64,000 nucleotides of DNA, taken from contig CAVSHT010000004.1 of the NCBI GenBank assembly GCA_963727895.1, positions 256,001 through 320,000 of the forward strand, read 5' to 3'. The notes beneath the pieces are model-generated. The model saw only the letters and a program-made list of their open reading frames with translations, had not been told where the DNA came from and did no database searches. Shown piece after piece: positions 54,725-64,000 of the stretch. Source of the DNA: an uncultured Methanosarcinaceae archaeon (GTDB lineage: Archaea; Halobacteriota; Methanosarcinia; Methanosarcinales; Methanosarcinaceae). Position 1 is the first letter of the stretch, and every line of letters starts with the position of its first letter. The position numbers and the translations under genes are program-made.

Positions 54725-56647
54725 TCAAGCTGCTGGCATTCCAACTCCAACAAAAACAAGTTTTGTCTCTATGGGTATTGAACCTGCTTCACTCAAAGCA
54801 ATATCTTTTTTATTAACCTCAATTTGGATCTGATCTTTATCAATTCCAGCTTCAGTCATGTATTCTATGACAAGTTTTCTTCCCAAGACATTGGCATATT
54901 CCAGAGCTTCGGGATAGCTTCCGAAAGTTTCTCTTCCTTGAGGTGAGAATAAAAGAACAAGCCTTTTTTTGTCCTTTGAATAAGTATTTTTAATCAGGAC
55001 TTCAATCCTTTTTATGCCTTTACCTACAACAGCGCCAACGGCATTTCCGACTTCGGAATGTTCTGGGATTACAATTTCTGCATCGAGAATTTGCTTTAAT
55101 TCATTAATGTATGCGACTACAGGACCTCCTATCAGTACTACAGGAATTTTCATCCGAAACTGCGTAAATCTATTCGACAGAAGGATTTTTTCTATTTCAT
55201 TAGAAGGCACGTCTTCCAAAATGAAAGATACGAGGTTTAAAGCCATATTCCTTGCAACGTTCTGTTTTATCTGTTTGCAGAGTTTTATATAGTCTGTCTG
55301 AGTATAGCGTTCAAGGATTTTTGCTCCAATTTTTGAGGCTTCCTCATCCCAAACCGTATATTCTCCAAGTACATGAAGAGCATCGGTTGGAGTAAAACCG
55401 ATTGCCTGGATCAGGCGTTTTCTTAGGAGTGAGTCAAGAAGGCCTGGATACAGCATTTTCTTGGTTTCCCATAATATATCATTAAGTGAGGTTGGAAAAT
55501 CTCCTATTTTATTAAAGAGTTCCTTTTCAAGCTTTCCAATATCTGAAGGTTCAGCGCCTGTCCTTACAAATAATTTAGTAGGCTGCACATTTTCTTCAAA
55601 GTTCATGGTTCCTGGAATCCTTCCTTTTTTTAGAGTTTCTCGAAAGCCCGGATATTTGACAGCTGCAACGCAAAGTGGAATAATTCTTCTTGGGCCGATA
55701 TTTATTTTCATATTTTTAATCCAGACATGACTATCCCCTCCCATTGCTGATGTCTCCATCCGGATAGCTTTAACTTTTGTCTGCCATCCTCCAACCACAG
55801 CTCCTTCAGCACAGAGTTCAGGCACTCCTTTTTCAAGCATGGAAACATCTGTACTTGTCCCACCGACATCAATAACTGCGCAGGTTTCAAGTCCTGAAAG
55901 ATGGGACGCTCCTACAAGGCTTGCTGCGGGGCCCGAAAAGACAGATTCGATTGGTTTTTCCAGGGCTTCATTGATGCCCACAACTGAACCATCACACTTT
56001 AGCATCAACAGCTTTGCAGTCATTCCACGTCTGGGTATTTCTTCTCTTATTGAGTGGATAAACTGATTTGCAATAGGAATTAGCTGGGCGTTCAGATAAG
56101 CTGTAATTCCTCTCTCGTAAGCACCAAGGTCGAGAGAAAGTTCGTGCCCACAAACAACAGGCATTCCCGTAAGTTCCTGGATACGGGCTTTAATTGCCAG
56201 TTCGTGAGCAGGGTTTCTAATACTGAAATAGGAAGAAACTGCAAAAGCTGAGACTTTATCCTTGACTTTATTAACAAAAGCCTCCACTGTGTCCATATCA
56301 AGAGGAACCAGTTCGGCTCCATGATGATCGTGCCCTCCTTTTACGATGGTGTAGCAATCAACATTCATTCTATCTGGAATTTCATAATCACCTACGAGGA
56401 TTAACCCTACAGGATAGCCATTTTTTTCAAGAATCGTATTTGTAGCAAGGGTTGTAGAAACAGAAACAATTTTTACTTCTTTGAGATATTTTTTATCCAG
56501 CCCGTCTATAGAACTCTTTATTCCTATCAGCAGGTCGGGATATGTAGTAAGCGCTTTATTCGAATCCATCACTTTGCCATCAGAGTCACGAATAATAATT
56601 GAATCAGTGTAGGTGCCTCCGGCATCAATTCCCATACTATATTGCAC
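54725..56647 (-). CDS. Hydantoinase/oxoprolinase family protein (tandem paralogue)
   Basis: Same motif set; GTG start with GGAGG RBS. Confidence 0.92.
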   Translation of the reverse strand: MQYSMGIDAGGTYTDSIIIRDSDGKVMDSNKALTTYPDLLIGIKSSIDGLDKKYLKEVKIVSVSTTLATNTILEKNGYPVGLILVGDYEIPDRMNVDCYTIVKGGHDHHGAELVPLDMDTVEAFVNKVKDKVSAFAVSSYFSIRNPAHELAIKARIQELTGMPVVCGHELSLDLGAYERGITAYLNAQLIPIANQFIHSIREEIPRRGMTAKLLMLKCDGSVVGINEALEKPIESVFSGPAASLVGASHLSGLETCAVIDVGGTSTDVSMLEKGVPELCAEGAVVGGWQTKVKAIRMETSAMGGDSHVWIKNMKINIGPRRIIPLCVAAVKYPGFRETLKKGRIPGTMNFEENVQPTKLFVRTGAEPSDIGKLEKELFNKIGDFPTSLNDILWETKKMLYPGLLDSLLRKRLIQAIGFTPTDALHVLGEYTVWDEEASKIGAKILERYTQTDYIKLCKQIKQNVARNMALNLVSFILEDVPSNEIEKILLSNRFTQFRMKIPVVLIGGPVVAYINELKQILDAEIVIPEHSEVGNAVGAVVGKGIKRIEVLIKNTYSKDKKRLVLLFSPQGRETFGSYPEALEYANVLGRKLVIEYMTEAGIDKDQIQIEVNKKDIALSEAGSIPIETKLVFVGVGMPAA

Positions 56648-56995
56648 TAAATGCCTCCAAGTTTTTTTATTTTATTTGGGTCATGAATTGGGGTTCAGGA
56701 GATATTTTTAAATGTTAATATTGCCGGGAATATATTCTATTTAAAAGTATTTTATTGATATGCATGACATGCTATAATTCTTTGAAAAAAAGAAGTCGAG
56801 GGAAAATATAAATATTGTATCTGGTCTTCAACAAAATTAAATACAACCAAGAAAGTTGTGGACATAAGTTGCATCAAACTAAGGGCTTAGAAAGGCCCTT
56901 ACGATGTGTTTTATATTAAAACTATTAGTTGTTTGTTCTTTGCAAGTTATTAACTAATTTATAACCATATTCAATAATTTTTCAAATTTATTCTT

Positions 56996-57416
56996 GGCTT
57001 CGATACTTAAACATAGTTATATACTATTAGAAAGTATATTTCTTCATGAACTGCCCAAGATGCAATAGTTCCAGTCACAAAAAGAATGGTATAGTTGGTG
57101 GGCGTCAACGGTACAAATGCCATGATTGTGGCTATAACTATACAGTAGAGCTAAAATCAACTGCTTTTTCGGCTTTTGTAAAAAGACAGGCTTTACAACT
57201 TTACCTTGAAGGATTGGGCTTTCGCTCAATAGGACGATTTTTAGGGGTGAGTCATGTTTCTGTCCAAAGATGGATCAAGAAATTTGGTCAGGAGTTAGAG
57301 GCTCTAAAAAGTGAAAATGAGATATCTATTGTTGAAATGGATGAAATGCACACTTACATCGTCAACAAAAAAAATATTGCTGGATCTGGATTGCTGTTGA
57401 TAGAGTTGGGAAAAAG
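56996..57416 (+). mobile_element. IS1-family element, left part (broken after GGAAAAAG)
   Basis: Left end GGCTTCGATACTTAAAC; intact InsA; IS sequence stops at 57416 and meets a right end. Confidence 0.92.
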
Positions 57417-57755
57417 GGCATTGTTACTTAACTATATCTAGTTCTTTATTTATTTATTTATTTATTTATTTCATCAATAGAATAACCGAGTACTTTAGCA
57501 TTTCAAGACTTTTTGTATAACACTTTGTCTTTCTTCTCAATCTTGCTAGAAAATGCCTCAATATGCTGTTATATCCCTCAACTGTAAATGTTTCTGCTTT
57601 TGATTGAGTATGACTCTTTTCTGGAAGAAACTCTGCATATGCTCTCCAGTGATCGGTCATCACTTCTCCAATCTCTTTTTTCTTCACTTTTTCCCAGAGT
57701 AGTTTTCCAGTTTCCGTTCCTCTGCTACCAAAAGAGCAGTTGATGAACTTTTTCC
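57417..57755 (-). mobile_element. IS1-family element, inverted right part
   Basis: Runs from right end GGCATTGTTAC to CTTTTTCC, the exact complement of the part missing from 56996-57416; carries a TTTA microsatellite expansion. Confidence 0.92.
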
Positions 57756-58082
57756 GGCATTGTTAATTAAACATAGTTAACTCTTTATTTCTGTATTTCA
57801 TCAATAGAATAACCGAGTACTTTAGCATTTCAAGACTTTTTGTATAACACTTTGTCTTTCTTCTCAATCTTGCTAGAAAATGCCTCAATATGCTGTTATA
57901 TCCCTCAACTGTAAATGTTTCTGCTTTTGATTGAGTATGGATCTTTTTTGGAATAAACTCTGCATATGCTCTCCAGTGATCTGTCATTACTTCTCCAATC
58001 TCTTTTTTCTTCACTTTTTCCCAGAGTAGTTTTCCAGTTTCTGTTCCTCTGCTACCAAAAGAGCAGTTGATGAACTTTTTCC
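57756..58082 (-). mobile_element. 327-bp tandem duplicate of an IS1 right part
   Basis: Matches 58083 onward but ends in the same CTTTTTCC|GGCATTG junction as the previous segment. Confidence 0.9.
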
Positions 58083-58823
58083 GGCATTGTTAATTAAACA
58101 TAGTTAACTCTTTATTTCTGTATTTCATCAATAGAATAACCGAGTACTTTAGCATTTCAAGACTTTTTGTATAACACTTTGTCTTTCTTCTCAATCTTGC
58201 TAGAAAATGCCTCAATATGCTGTTATATCCCTCAACTGTAAATGTTTCTGCTTTTGATTGAGTATGGATCTTTTTTGGAATAAACTCTGCATATGCTCTC
58301 CAGTGATCTGTCATTACTTCTCCAATCTCTTTTTTCTTCACTTTTTCCCAGAGTAGTTTTCCAGTTTCTGTTCCTCTGCTACCAAAAGAGCAGTTGATGA
58401 ACTTTTTTCCAACTCTATCAACAGCAATCCAGATCCAGCAATATTTTTTTTTGTTACCGATGTAAGTGTGCATCTCATCCAGTTCAACAATAGATATCTC
58501 ATTTTCGCTTTTTAGAGCCTCTAACTCTTGACCAAATTTCTTTATCCATTTTTGGACAGAAACATGACTCACCCCTAAAACTCTTCCTATTGAACGAAAG
58601 CCCAATCCTTCAAGGTAAAGTTGTAAAGCCTGTTTTTTTACAGAGGCGGAAAAAGCAGTTGATTTTAGCTCTACTGTATAGTTATATCCACAATCATGGC
58701 ATTTGTAGCGTTGACGCCCACCAACTATACCGTTCTTTTTGTGACTGGAACTATTGCATCTGGGATAGTTCATGAAGAAATATACTTTTTAATAATATAT
58801 AACTATGTTTAAGTATCAAAGCC
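58083..58823 (-). mobile_element. Full IS1-family element (741 bp) with fused InsAB frame
   Basis: Both ends present; A9 rather than A8 at the frameshift site. Confidence 0.95.
58090..58773 (-). CDS. IS1 InsAB fusion transposase (227 aa)
   Basis: Single ORF with ELDEMH, MTDHW and VEGYN acidic residues intact; first zinc-finger Cys replaced by Tyr (MNYPRC). Confidence 0.9.
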   Translation of the reverse strand: MNYPRCNSSSHKKNGIVGGRQRYKCHDCGYNYTVELKSTAFSASVKKQALQLYLEGLGFRSIGRVLGVSHVSVQKWIKKFGQELEALKSENEISIVELDEMHTYIGNKKKYCWIWIAVDRVGKKFINCSFGSRGTETGKLLWEKVKKKEIGEVMTDHWRAYAEFIPKKIHTQSKAETFTVEGYNSILRHFLARLRRKTKCYTKSLEMLKYSVILLMKYRNKELTMFN

Positions 58824-58906
58824 AAAAAATTTAAGTTTTCTATGTTACAAAAAATATTATGAAATAGAGTTTCAAACTCATGAACTCTGATAAAAGCCCA
58901 ACAAAT

Positions 58907-60583
58907 TTACAAATAAGCATGTGTGACATAACGCCGCATCATCCTGTGGCTATTGAAATAGTAGGCTATCATACCTATGGAATTATTGATTAGCTTAACC
59001 CACTCATCCTTGCGGTCATAATACATAGGAACAATTATATAATACAATTTATTGTAAAGATCGCTAAGTTCAGCAGCCTTTGCTTCTTCTTCAGAAAGGT
59101 TTTCTTCGGGCTGAGGACCCATTGCCCAACCTGTTACGCCTTCAATCCATCCTTCGATCCACCAGCCATCGAGTACACTGAAATTCACAACTCCATTGTG
59201 AGCAGCTTTCATGCCGCTTGTACCAGAAGCCTCATACGGTCGAGTTGGAGTGTTGAGCCAGACATCAACCCCGGATATCATTTTTGCAGCAAGGTCCATA
59301 TCATAATTTTCCAGAAAAACAATCTTTATATCTTTTCTCAGAATTTCTATTTTTTTGAAAATCTCTCTAATAATCTGTTTTCCGGCTTCGTCACGTGGAT
59401 GGGCTTTTCCTGCAAAAATAAGCTGGATTTTACCTCTTCTATTTATTTTTTTGAGACGCTCAAGATCAGACAGAACAAGGGTTGCACGCTTGTATTCAGT
59501 CATGCGCCTTGCAAAGCCGATTGTCAGGACATCATATTCCATACCCACGCCTGTCCTTTTGTTCACCTCATCGATAAGAGCTTTTTTTGCGTCCCAACGG
59601 GCTTCCCATATCTCACTATCCGGAATTCCATCTATCCTTACCAGAAGTTCAGGTTCATTTGCCCAGCCAGGGAGATAACGATCATAAAGTTTCCTGAAAT
59701 AAGGAGAAGTCCAGGTATACGAATGAACGCCGTTTGTTATTGCCTGGATTTTATAACCTGGAAAGAGTTCACTTGAAATCTTGCTGTGCCTTTTTGTAAC
59801 TCCATTAATATAGTTCGACAGGTTAAGGGCAAAAAGGCTTGTATTAAAGCGGTCAACTCCTCCAAATCTTTTGAGAATTCCCACATCGTTTTTGTCCCAA
59901 AAAAGATCTTCTACAAGCCCGTAATCAAACTTATCGTGTCCAGCCTCTACAGGGGTATGAGTAGTAAAAATACAAAGCTCCTTCACTTTCGCAGGATCAG
60001 TACCGTTACGAGTAAGAAGTTCCAGTCCCAAAAGGCTTGAATGTCCTTCATTCATATGGTATTTTCGAACCTTGAAGCCCAGAGCAGAAAGCATCCGAAC
60101 TCCTCCTACCCCCAATACAATCTCTTGCTTGAGCCTGTAGCGCTGATCCCCTCCATAAAGAAAATCCGTGATCCTACGATCTTCCGGCTCATTTCCATCG
60201 ACATCAGTATCGAGAAAAATTATGGGCACACAGCCTCCTGTAAGACTTTTACAGTTATACATCCATGCCCTGATTTTGACGTCTCGATTTTGAATTTTTA
60301 CACTTACCTTTTCTTCAAGAAGCGTCATAAAGCGTGCAGGATTCCATTCTTCAGTATGTTCGACCTGGTTTCCGGAAGAGTCAAAAATTTGTCTGAAATA
60401 ACCTTTATTGCTTACCAGTGTTACCGCTACCAAAGGAATATTTAGATCCGCAGCCGAGCGAATAGTATCTCCTGCAAGTACACCCAAACCACCTGCATAA
60501 GTAGGTATTTCACTTTTAAGTCCAATTTCCATAGAAAAATAAGCAATCTTCTGTCCCTTTAATACACCTTCAAGGTCATCCAT
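58907..60583 (-). CDS. glgP: Alpha-glucan (glycogen/maltodextrin) phosphorylase
   Basis: YFSMEIG, GGLGVLAGD, HMNEGH, ITNGVH and PLP motif EASGTSGMKA. Confidence 0.95.
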   Translation of the reverse strand: MDDLEGVLKGQKIAYFSMEIGLKSEIPTYAGGLGVLAGDTIRSAADLNIPLVAVTLVSNKGYFRQIFDSSGNQVEHTEEWNPARFMTLLEEKVSVKIQNRDVKIRAWMYNCKSLTGGCVPIIFLDTDVDGNEPEDRRITDFLYGGDQRYRLKQEIVLGVGGVRMLSALGFKVRKYHMNEGHSSLLGLELLTRNGTDPAKVKELCIFTTHTPVEAGHDKFDYGLVEDLFWDKNDVGILKRFGGVDRFNTSLFALNLSNYINGVTKRHSKISSELFPGYKIQAITNGVHSYTWTSPYFRKLYDRYLPGWANEPELLVRIDGIPDSEIWEARWDAKKALIDEVNKRTGVGMEYDVLTIGFARRMTEYKRATLVLSDLERLKKINRRGKIQLIFAGKAHPRDEAGKQIIREIFKKIEILRKDIKIVFLENYDMDLAAKMISGVDVWLNTPTRPYEASGTSGMKAAHNGVVNFSVLDGWWIEGWIEGVTGWAMGPQPEENLSEEEAKAAELSDLYNKLYYIIVPMYYDRKDEWVKLINNSIGMIAYYFNSHRMMRRYVTHAYL

Positions 60584-60896
60584 AGTCTCAAATTCACCTC
60601 TTTTGAGATTTTATGTAGATGTCTGTAAAAGTATGTTATCGATTATATATTATAGTTTTCAACGCAACTGATAAAACTTATTAATGGTTCTATTTTTTAA
60701 TGATAGGAGATTGAAACATAAATACATGGAAGAGAAGGAAAAAATTGGTATTAACCGAAAATAAGAGGATTGAAAATCAAAGTTGCACTGACGCATCCCT
60801 CTGCGCTCCTAAGGTAATAAAAAGTGTAAAATGACAATTTCTGCTGAATATATATTTGCTGATGTTTCCTTTACATGCTCTAACCTCTCATGTGAT

Positions 60897-61616
60897 CTAC
60901 TCTTTCACATGATCTAATTTTTCATATTGAACCATGATTTTCCCGTCTACAAGCCTGATAATCCTGTCAGCTTTTAAAGCCATATCATCGTCATGAGTAA
61001 CCACAATGAAAGTCTGATTATACTCCTTGTTCAGCCGCCTGAGCAATTCATAAATCATTTCACCCGTTTTTGTATCAAGATTGCCTGTAGGTTCATCCCC
61101 GAGCACTATTGCAGGGGAACAGCTCAATGCTCTTGCTCTTGCAACCCTCTGATTTTGCCCTCCTGAAAGTTCACCGGGTTTATGATTCATCCGGTTTTCA
61201 AGATCGACTTCTTGAAGGAATTTTTCGGCAACTTCTTTTGCTTCTTTCCTCTTTTTTCCAGCAATTAAAAGAGGCATCATTACATTTTCCAGGGCTGTAA
61301 AATCAGGAAGCAAATGATGGTACTGGAAAACAAAACCAAGCATCCGATTTCTTATTTCAGAACGTTCTTTGTCAGAGAGATTTGTCACATCCTTTCTGTC
61401 TATTAGTAAGGTGCCTGAGGTAGGAGTATCCATAAGGCCGATAAGATGCATAAGTGTGCTTTTACCTGAACCTGATGGCCCAACAATTGCCACGAATTCT
61501 CCCTTTTTTATTTTTAGATTCCCATTATCAAGAGCATAGAATTCAATTCTATTTTTATAAGTTTTTGTTAGATTTTTAAGCTCTATTATTGGGCTTTCGT
61601 CTGTCATAATTTTCAT
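60897..61616 (-). CDS. ABC transporter ATP-binding protein (LolD/MacB-like)
   Basis: GPSGSGKST, LSGGQNQR, DEPTGNLD and VVTHD motifs. Confidence 0.93.
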   Translation of the reverse strand: MKIMTDESPIIELKNLTKTYKNRIEFYALDNGNLKIKKGEFVAIVGPSGSGKSTLMHLIGLMDTPTSGTLLIDRKDVTNLSDKERSEIRNRMLGFVFQYHHLLPDFTALENVMMPLLIAGKKRKEAKEVAEKFLQEVDLENRMNHKPGELSGGQNQRVARARALSCSPAIVLGDEPTGNLDTKTGEMIYELLRRLNKEYNQTFIVVTHDDDMALKADRIIRLVDGKIMVQYEKLDHVKE

Positions 61617-61678
61617 GCCTCAGTAGAGTTATTAAAATATAAACAGTCTGAGTTTGCCAACCGTTTAGTAAATCATTT

Positions 61679-62319
61679 TCAGGAACTTTCTATAGCTTTT
61701 ACAGGATCAAGCTTTGCAGCCTTTCTTGCAGGATAGATCCCTGAGATGATGTTAATGATAAAAGCAAAGAAAGCAGCATATACGAAGTTTATAGGTTCGA
61801 TCTCAAGAGGAAGAGTCTGTAGCCCGAAATACATTTCCTGAGGAACTGCGATTTTATAACTCTGAAGAGCAATGGTTGCAATATAACCAAGAACAGTGCC
61901 CAAAACTAACCCAATAGTTCCAAGAATTACTGACTGAAAAAGAAAGACGATCATTATGCTTTTTTGAGAGGCTCCCATGGCTTTTAAGATACCTATTTCT
62001 GGTGTCCTTTGGGCAACAATGGCAATCAGAGTATTTGCAATTCCAAAACCTGCAATCCCGTAAATGAGAATATAGAAAACATTTACGAAAACCTTCTGAG
62101 TGTTTAGAAGATTCAGAATTTCTGCATTTGTTTCTGAGGATTGACAACAATATGAGGATTGTTTTCAATGCTGGATTTTAGAAGCTCTCCTTGAAAGCCA
62201 GAAAGCATTGCCATCATTACTGTAATTCCAGCTACGGCAAGGGCGACTGCAAGTATGGCAAAAAAAGTCTGCCTTTTTCGGGAAAAAACTTGCTTCAAAG
62301 CAATTCTCAATTCATACAT
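61679..62319 (-). pseudogene. LolC/FtsX-like ABC permease with a large internal deletion
   Basis: N-terminus (to IENNPHIVVNPQ) joins out of frame at ~62135 to TNAEILNLL...EIGILKAMGA...YPARKAAKLDPV; the extracellular domain is missing. Confidence 0.85.
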
Positions 62320-62443
62320 CCGGATAAGCTCCTAGAAATGATACATCTTAGAGCTTTTAGTCAATTGGAGATTCCATAATTTCCAGAATATTCAATTTGT
62401 TAGAATATTATATTCGTAAATTTTAATGTGACTAACATTTTAA

Positions 62444-63245
62444 CCTGAGTTTGACAATTAGATAAAAATAAGTGCTCTTTGTTTTGTTTTATTCGGTCCA
62501 ATGAATATAAAAACAAAAATAAGAGCATTTCCAACTATTCCCAACAAGAATATATGTGTTCCGATCGGATCGATGCTTGCTGTCCAATACTTTTATGAAA
62601 AACTTAATTTCTCTGATATTTTTAGCAAGCATGAAAGCCAGGGTTTGGATTTCAATAGCTTGTTAATAGGTTTGGTGAGCTATAAGCTCACCGAGAACTT
62701 TAGCATTAAAGAAACTGGTAAATAGTTAAATCAGGACGAAATTCTCGAGATTTTGAATCTAGAGAGTTTTCATGAAAAAGTCCTTTACTGGACCCTTGAA
62801 ATCCTGGGACGTAATAAAGAAGAAATTATCTCAGCTATTTTAGGTAATCTTTTTTTAGTATATGGTTTTGAAGAGACAGATATAAACCTGGACTGGACAA
62901 GTATTGTTCTTCACGGAACTAAAGCCAAGCTTGGTAAATACGGGTATAGCAGAGATCATAGACCTGATAAGCTTCAGATAACAGTTGGAGTCAGTGAACT
63001 CAAAAAGCCAATTAATATACCCATTGGAATTACAGTCAACAAAGGAAATGTTCTTGATCTGTAACATTTTCCTGAGACTTATAACCAGGTAAAAAGTAAG
63101 CTCAAAAAAGGGTCTTTTATTGTTTTTGATAAAGGTGCTAATACAGTTGACAACATTAAGTTAATACAGGAAGATGAGATGACGTATCTTACTTCCATGA
63201 AACTGAATTCAAGTGACGAGAAAATCATTGAGAAATTTCATCTTT
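62444..63245 (+). mobile_element. IS1634-like element, 3'-truncated with internal stops
   Basis: Terminal CCTGAGTTTGACA; LDWTS, GYSRDHRPDKLQ and VFDKG motifs; TAG at 62723 and TAA at 63062; right boundary approximate. Confidence 0.85.
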
Positions 63246-63292
63246 AGATATGATGAAAGTTTCTCTACAATTATGAAATTCTTCAAATATAG

Positions 63293-64000
63293 TTAGAATT
63301 TCAATTTTTTCATCCTTTCTACAGCTTCTTTAATCCTGTCAACAGGCTTTGTAAGAGCAAACCTGATGTAACCTTCTCCAGCGTCTCCAAATCCTACACC
63401 AGGAGTTGCAACGATTCCTGCTTCTTCAAGCAAGATTTTTGCAAAGCTGATTGAGGTGAAACCTTTCGGAACAGGAGCCCAGATATAGAAAGTAGCTTTT
63501 GGTGGCTTTACTTTAAGGCCCATAGCTGTAAGTCCTTCTATGAGAGCATCCCGCCTCTCCTGATAGACCTTATTTGTTTCTTTTACACAATCCTGAGAAG
63601 AGCAGAGGGCTGCAATGCCTGCGATCTGAATAGCATCAAAGACGCCTGAATCGACATTGGACTTAACCTTACCAAGACCTTTTATAAGATCTTTGTTTCC
63701 AACTGCAAACCCAAGCCTCCAACCTGTCATGTTATAGGTCTTGGAATGCGAATATAGTTCCATTCCAATGTCCATTGCCCCGGGAACTGCAAGGAAAGAA
63801 GGAGACTCATACCCGTCGTATGCCATCTGGCAGTAGGCATTGTCATGCACAGCAATAATGTCGTTCTTTTTGCAGAACTCAACGACCTTTTCAAAAAACT
63901 GCATATCTGCGGTTGCAGCCGTTGGGTTATTAGGATAATTAAAGAAGAAAAGTTTTGCTTTTTTCAGGACATCTGCTGGAGTTGAGTCAAGATCAGGCAA
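63293..64000 (-). CDS. dapL: LL-diaminopimelate aminotransferase (partial, continues beyond the window)
   Basis: [26 protein letters not shown] and KVKSNVDSG motifs. Confidence 0.85.
   Translation of the reverse strand: MPDLDSTPADVLKKAKLFFFNYPNNPTAATADMQFFEKVVEFCKKNDIIAVHDNAYCQMAYDGYESPSFLAVPGAMDIGMELYSHSKTYNMTGWRLGFAVGNKDLIKGLGKVKSNVDSGVFDAIQIAGIAALCSSQDCVKETNKVYQERRDALIEGLTAMGLKVKPPKATFYIWAPVPKGFTSISFAKILLEEAGIVATPGVGFGDAGEGYIRFALTKPVDRIKEAVERMKKLKF

Noticed and set aside
62723..62725. Functional pyrrolysine codon in the IS1634-like transposase
   Set aside because: The other copy has TGG here, and a TAA plus truncation follow downstream.

Overview
Chromosomal region of a methanogenic archaeon, almost certainly Methanosarcina (mtsAB, disaggregatase-like and NosD surface proteins, AnfO homologue, dual tatA/tatC, tRNA-Gln with an A1-U72 pair, dapL). 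Housekeeping genes (ade, glycogen debranching enzyme, GH130, glucan phosphorylase, amrS, pdaD, two hydantoinase/oxoprolinase paralogues) are mixed with a very heavy mobile-element load: about ten full or partial copies of one ~740-bp IS1-family element, two intact IS6 copies, two truncated IS1634-like copies, a second decayed IS1-type element, an IS5 remnant and IS5-derived MITEs. Several genes are frameshifted or truncated. The most notable observations are: (i) at 57.0-58.8 kb, a reconstructable IS1 inner-end deletion-inversion with an inverted 8-bp target duplication, next to an IS1 copy whose frameshift site has become in-frame; (ii) at 10.3-13.6 kb, a possible relic mobile element (RHH genes, one with an in-frame TAG, iteron-like repeats, a split wHTH gene) carrying a secreted Asn/Gln/Trp heptad-repeat protein; (iii) interchangeable end modules on the IS1 copies; (iv) a four-gene lipid-carrier glycosylation cassette bracketed by inverted IS1 copies. 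No CRISPR array or rRNA was seen. All product calls come from motif recognition, not database searches.
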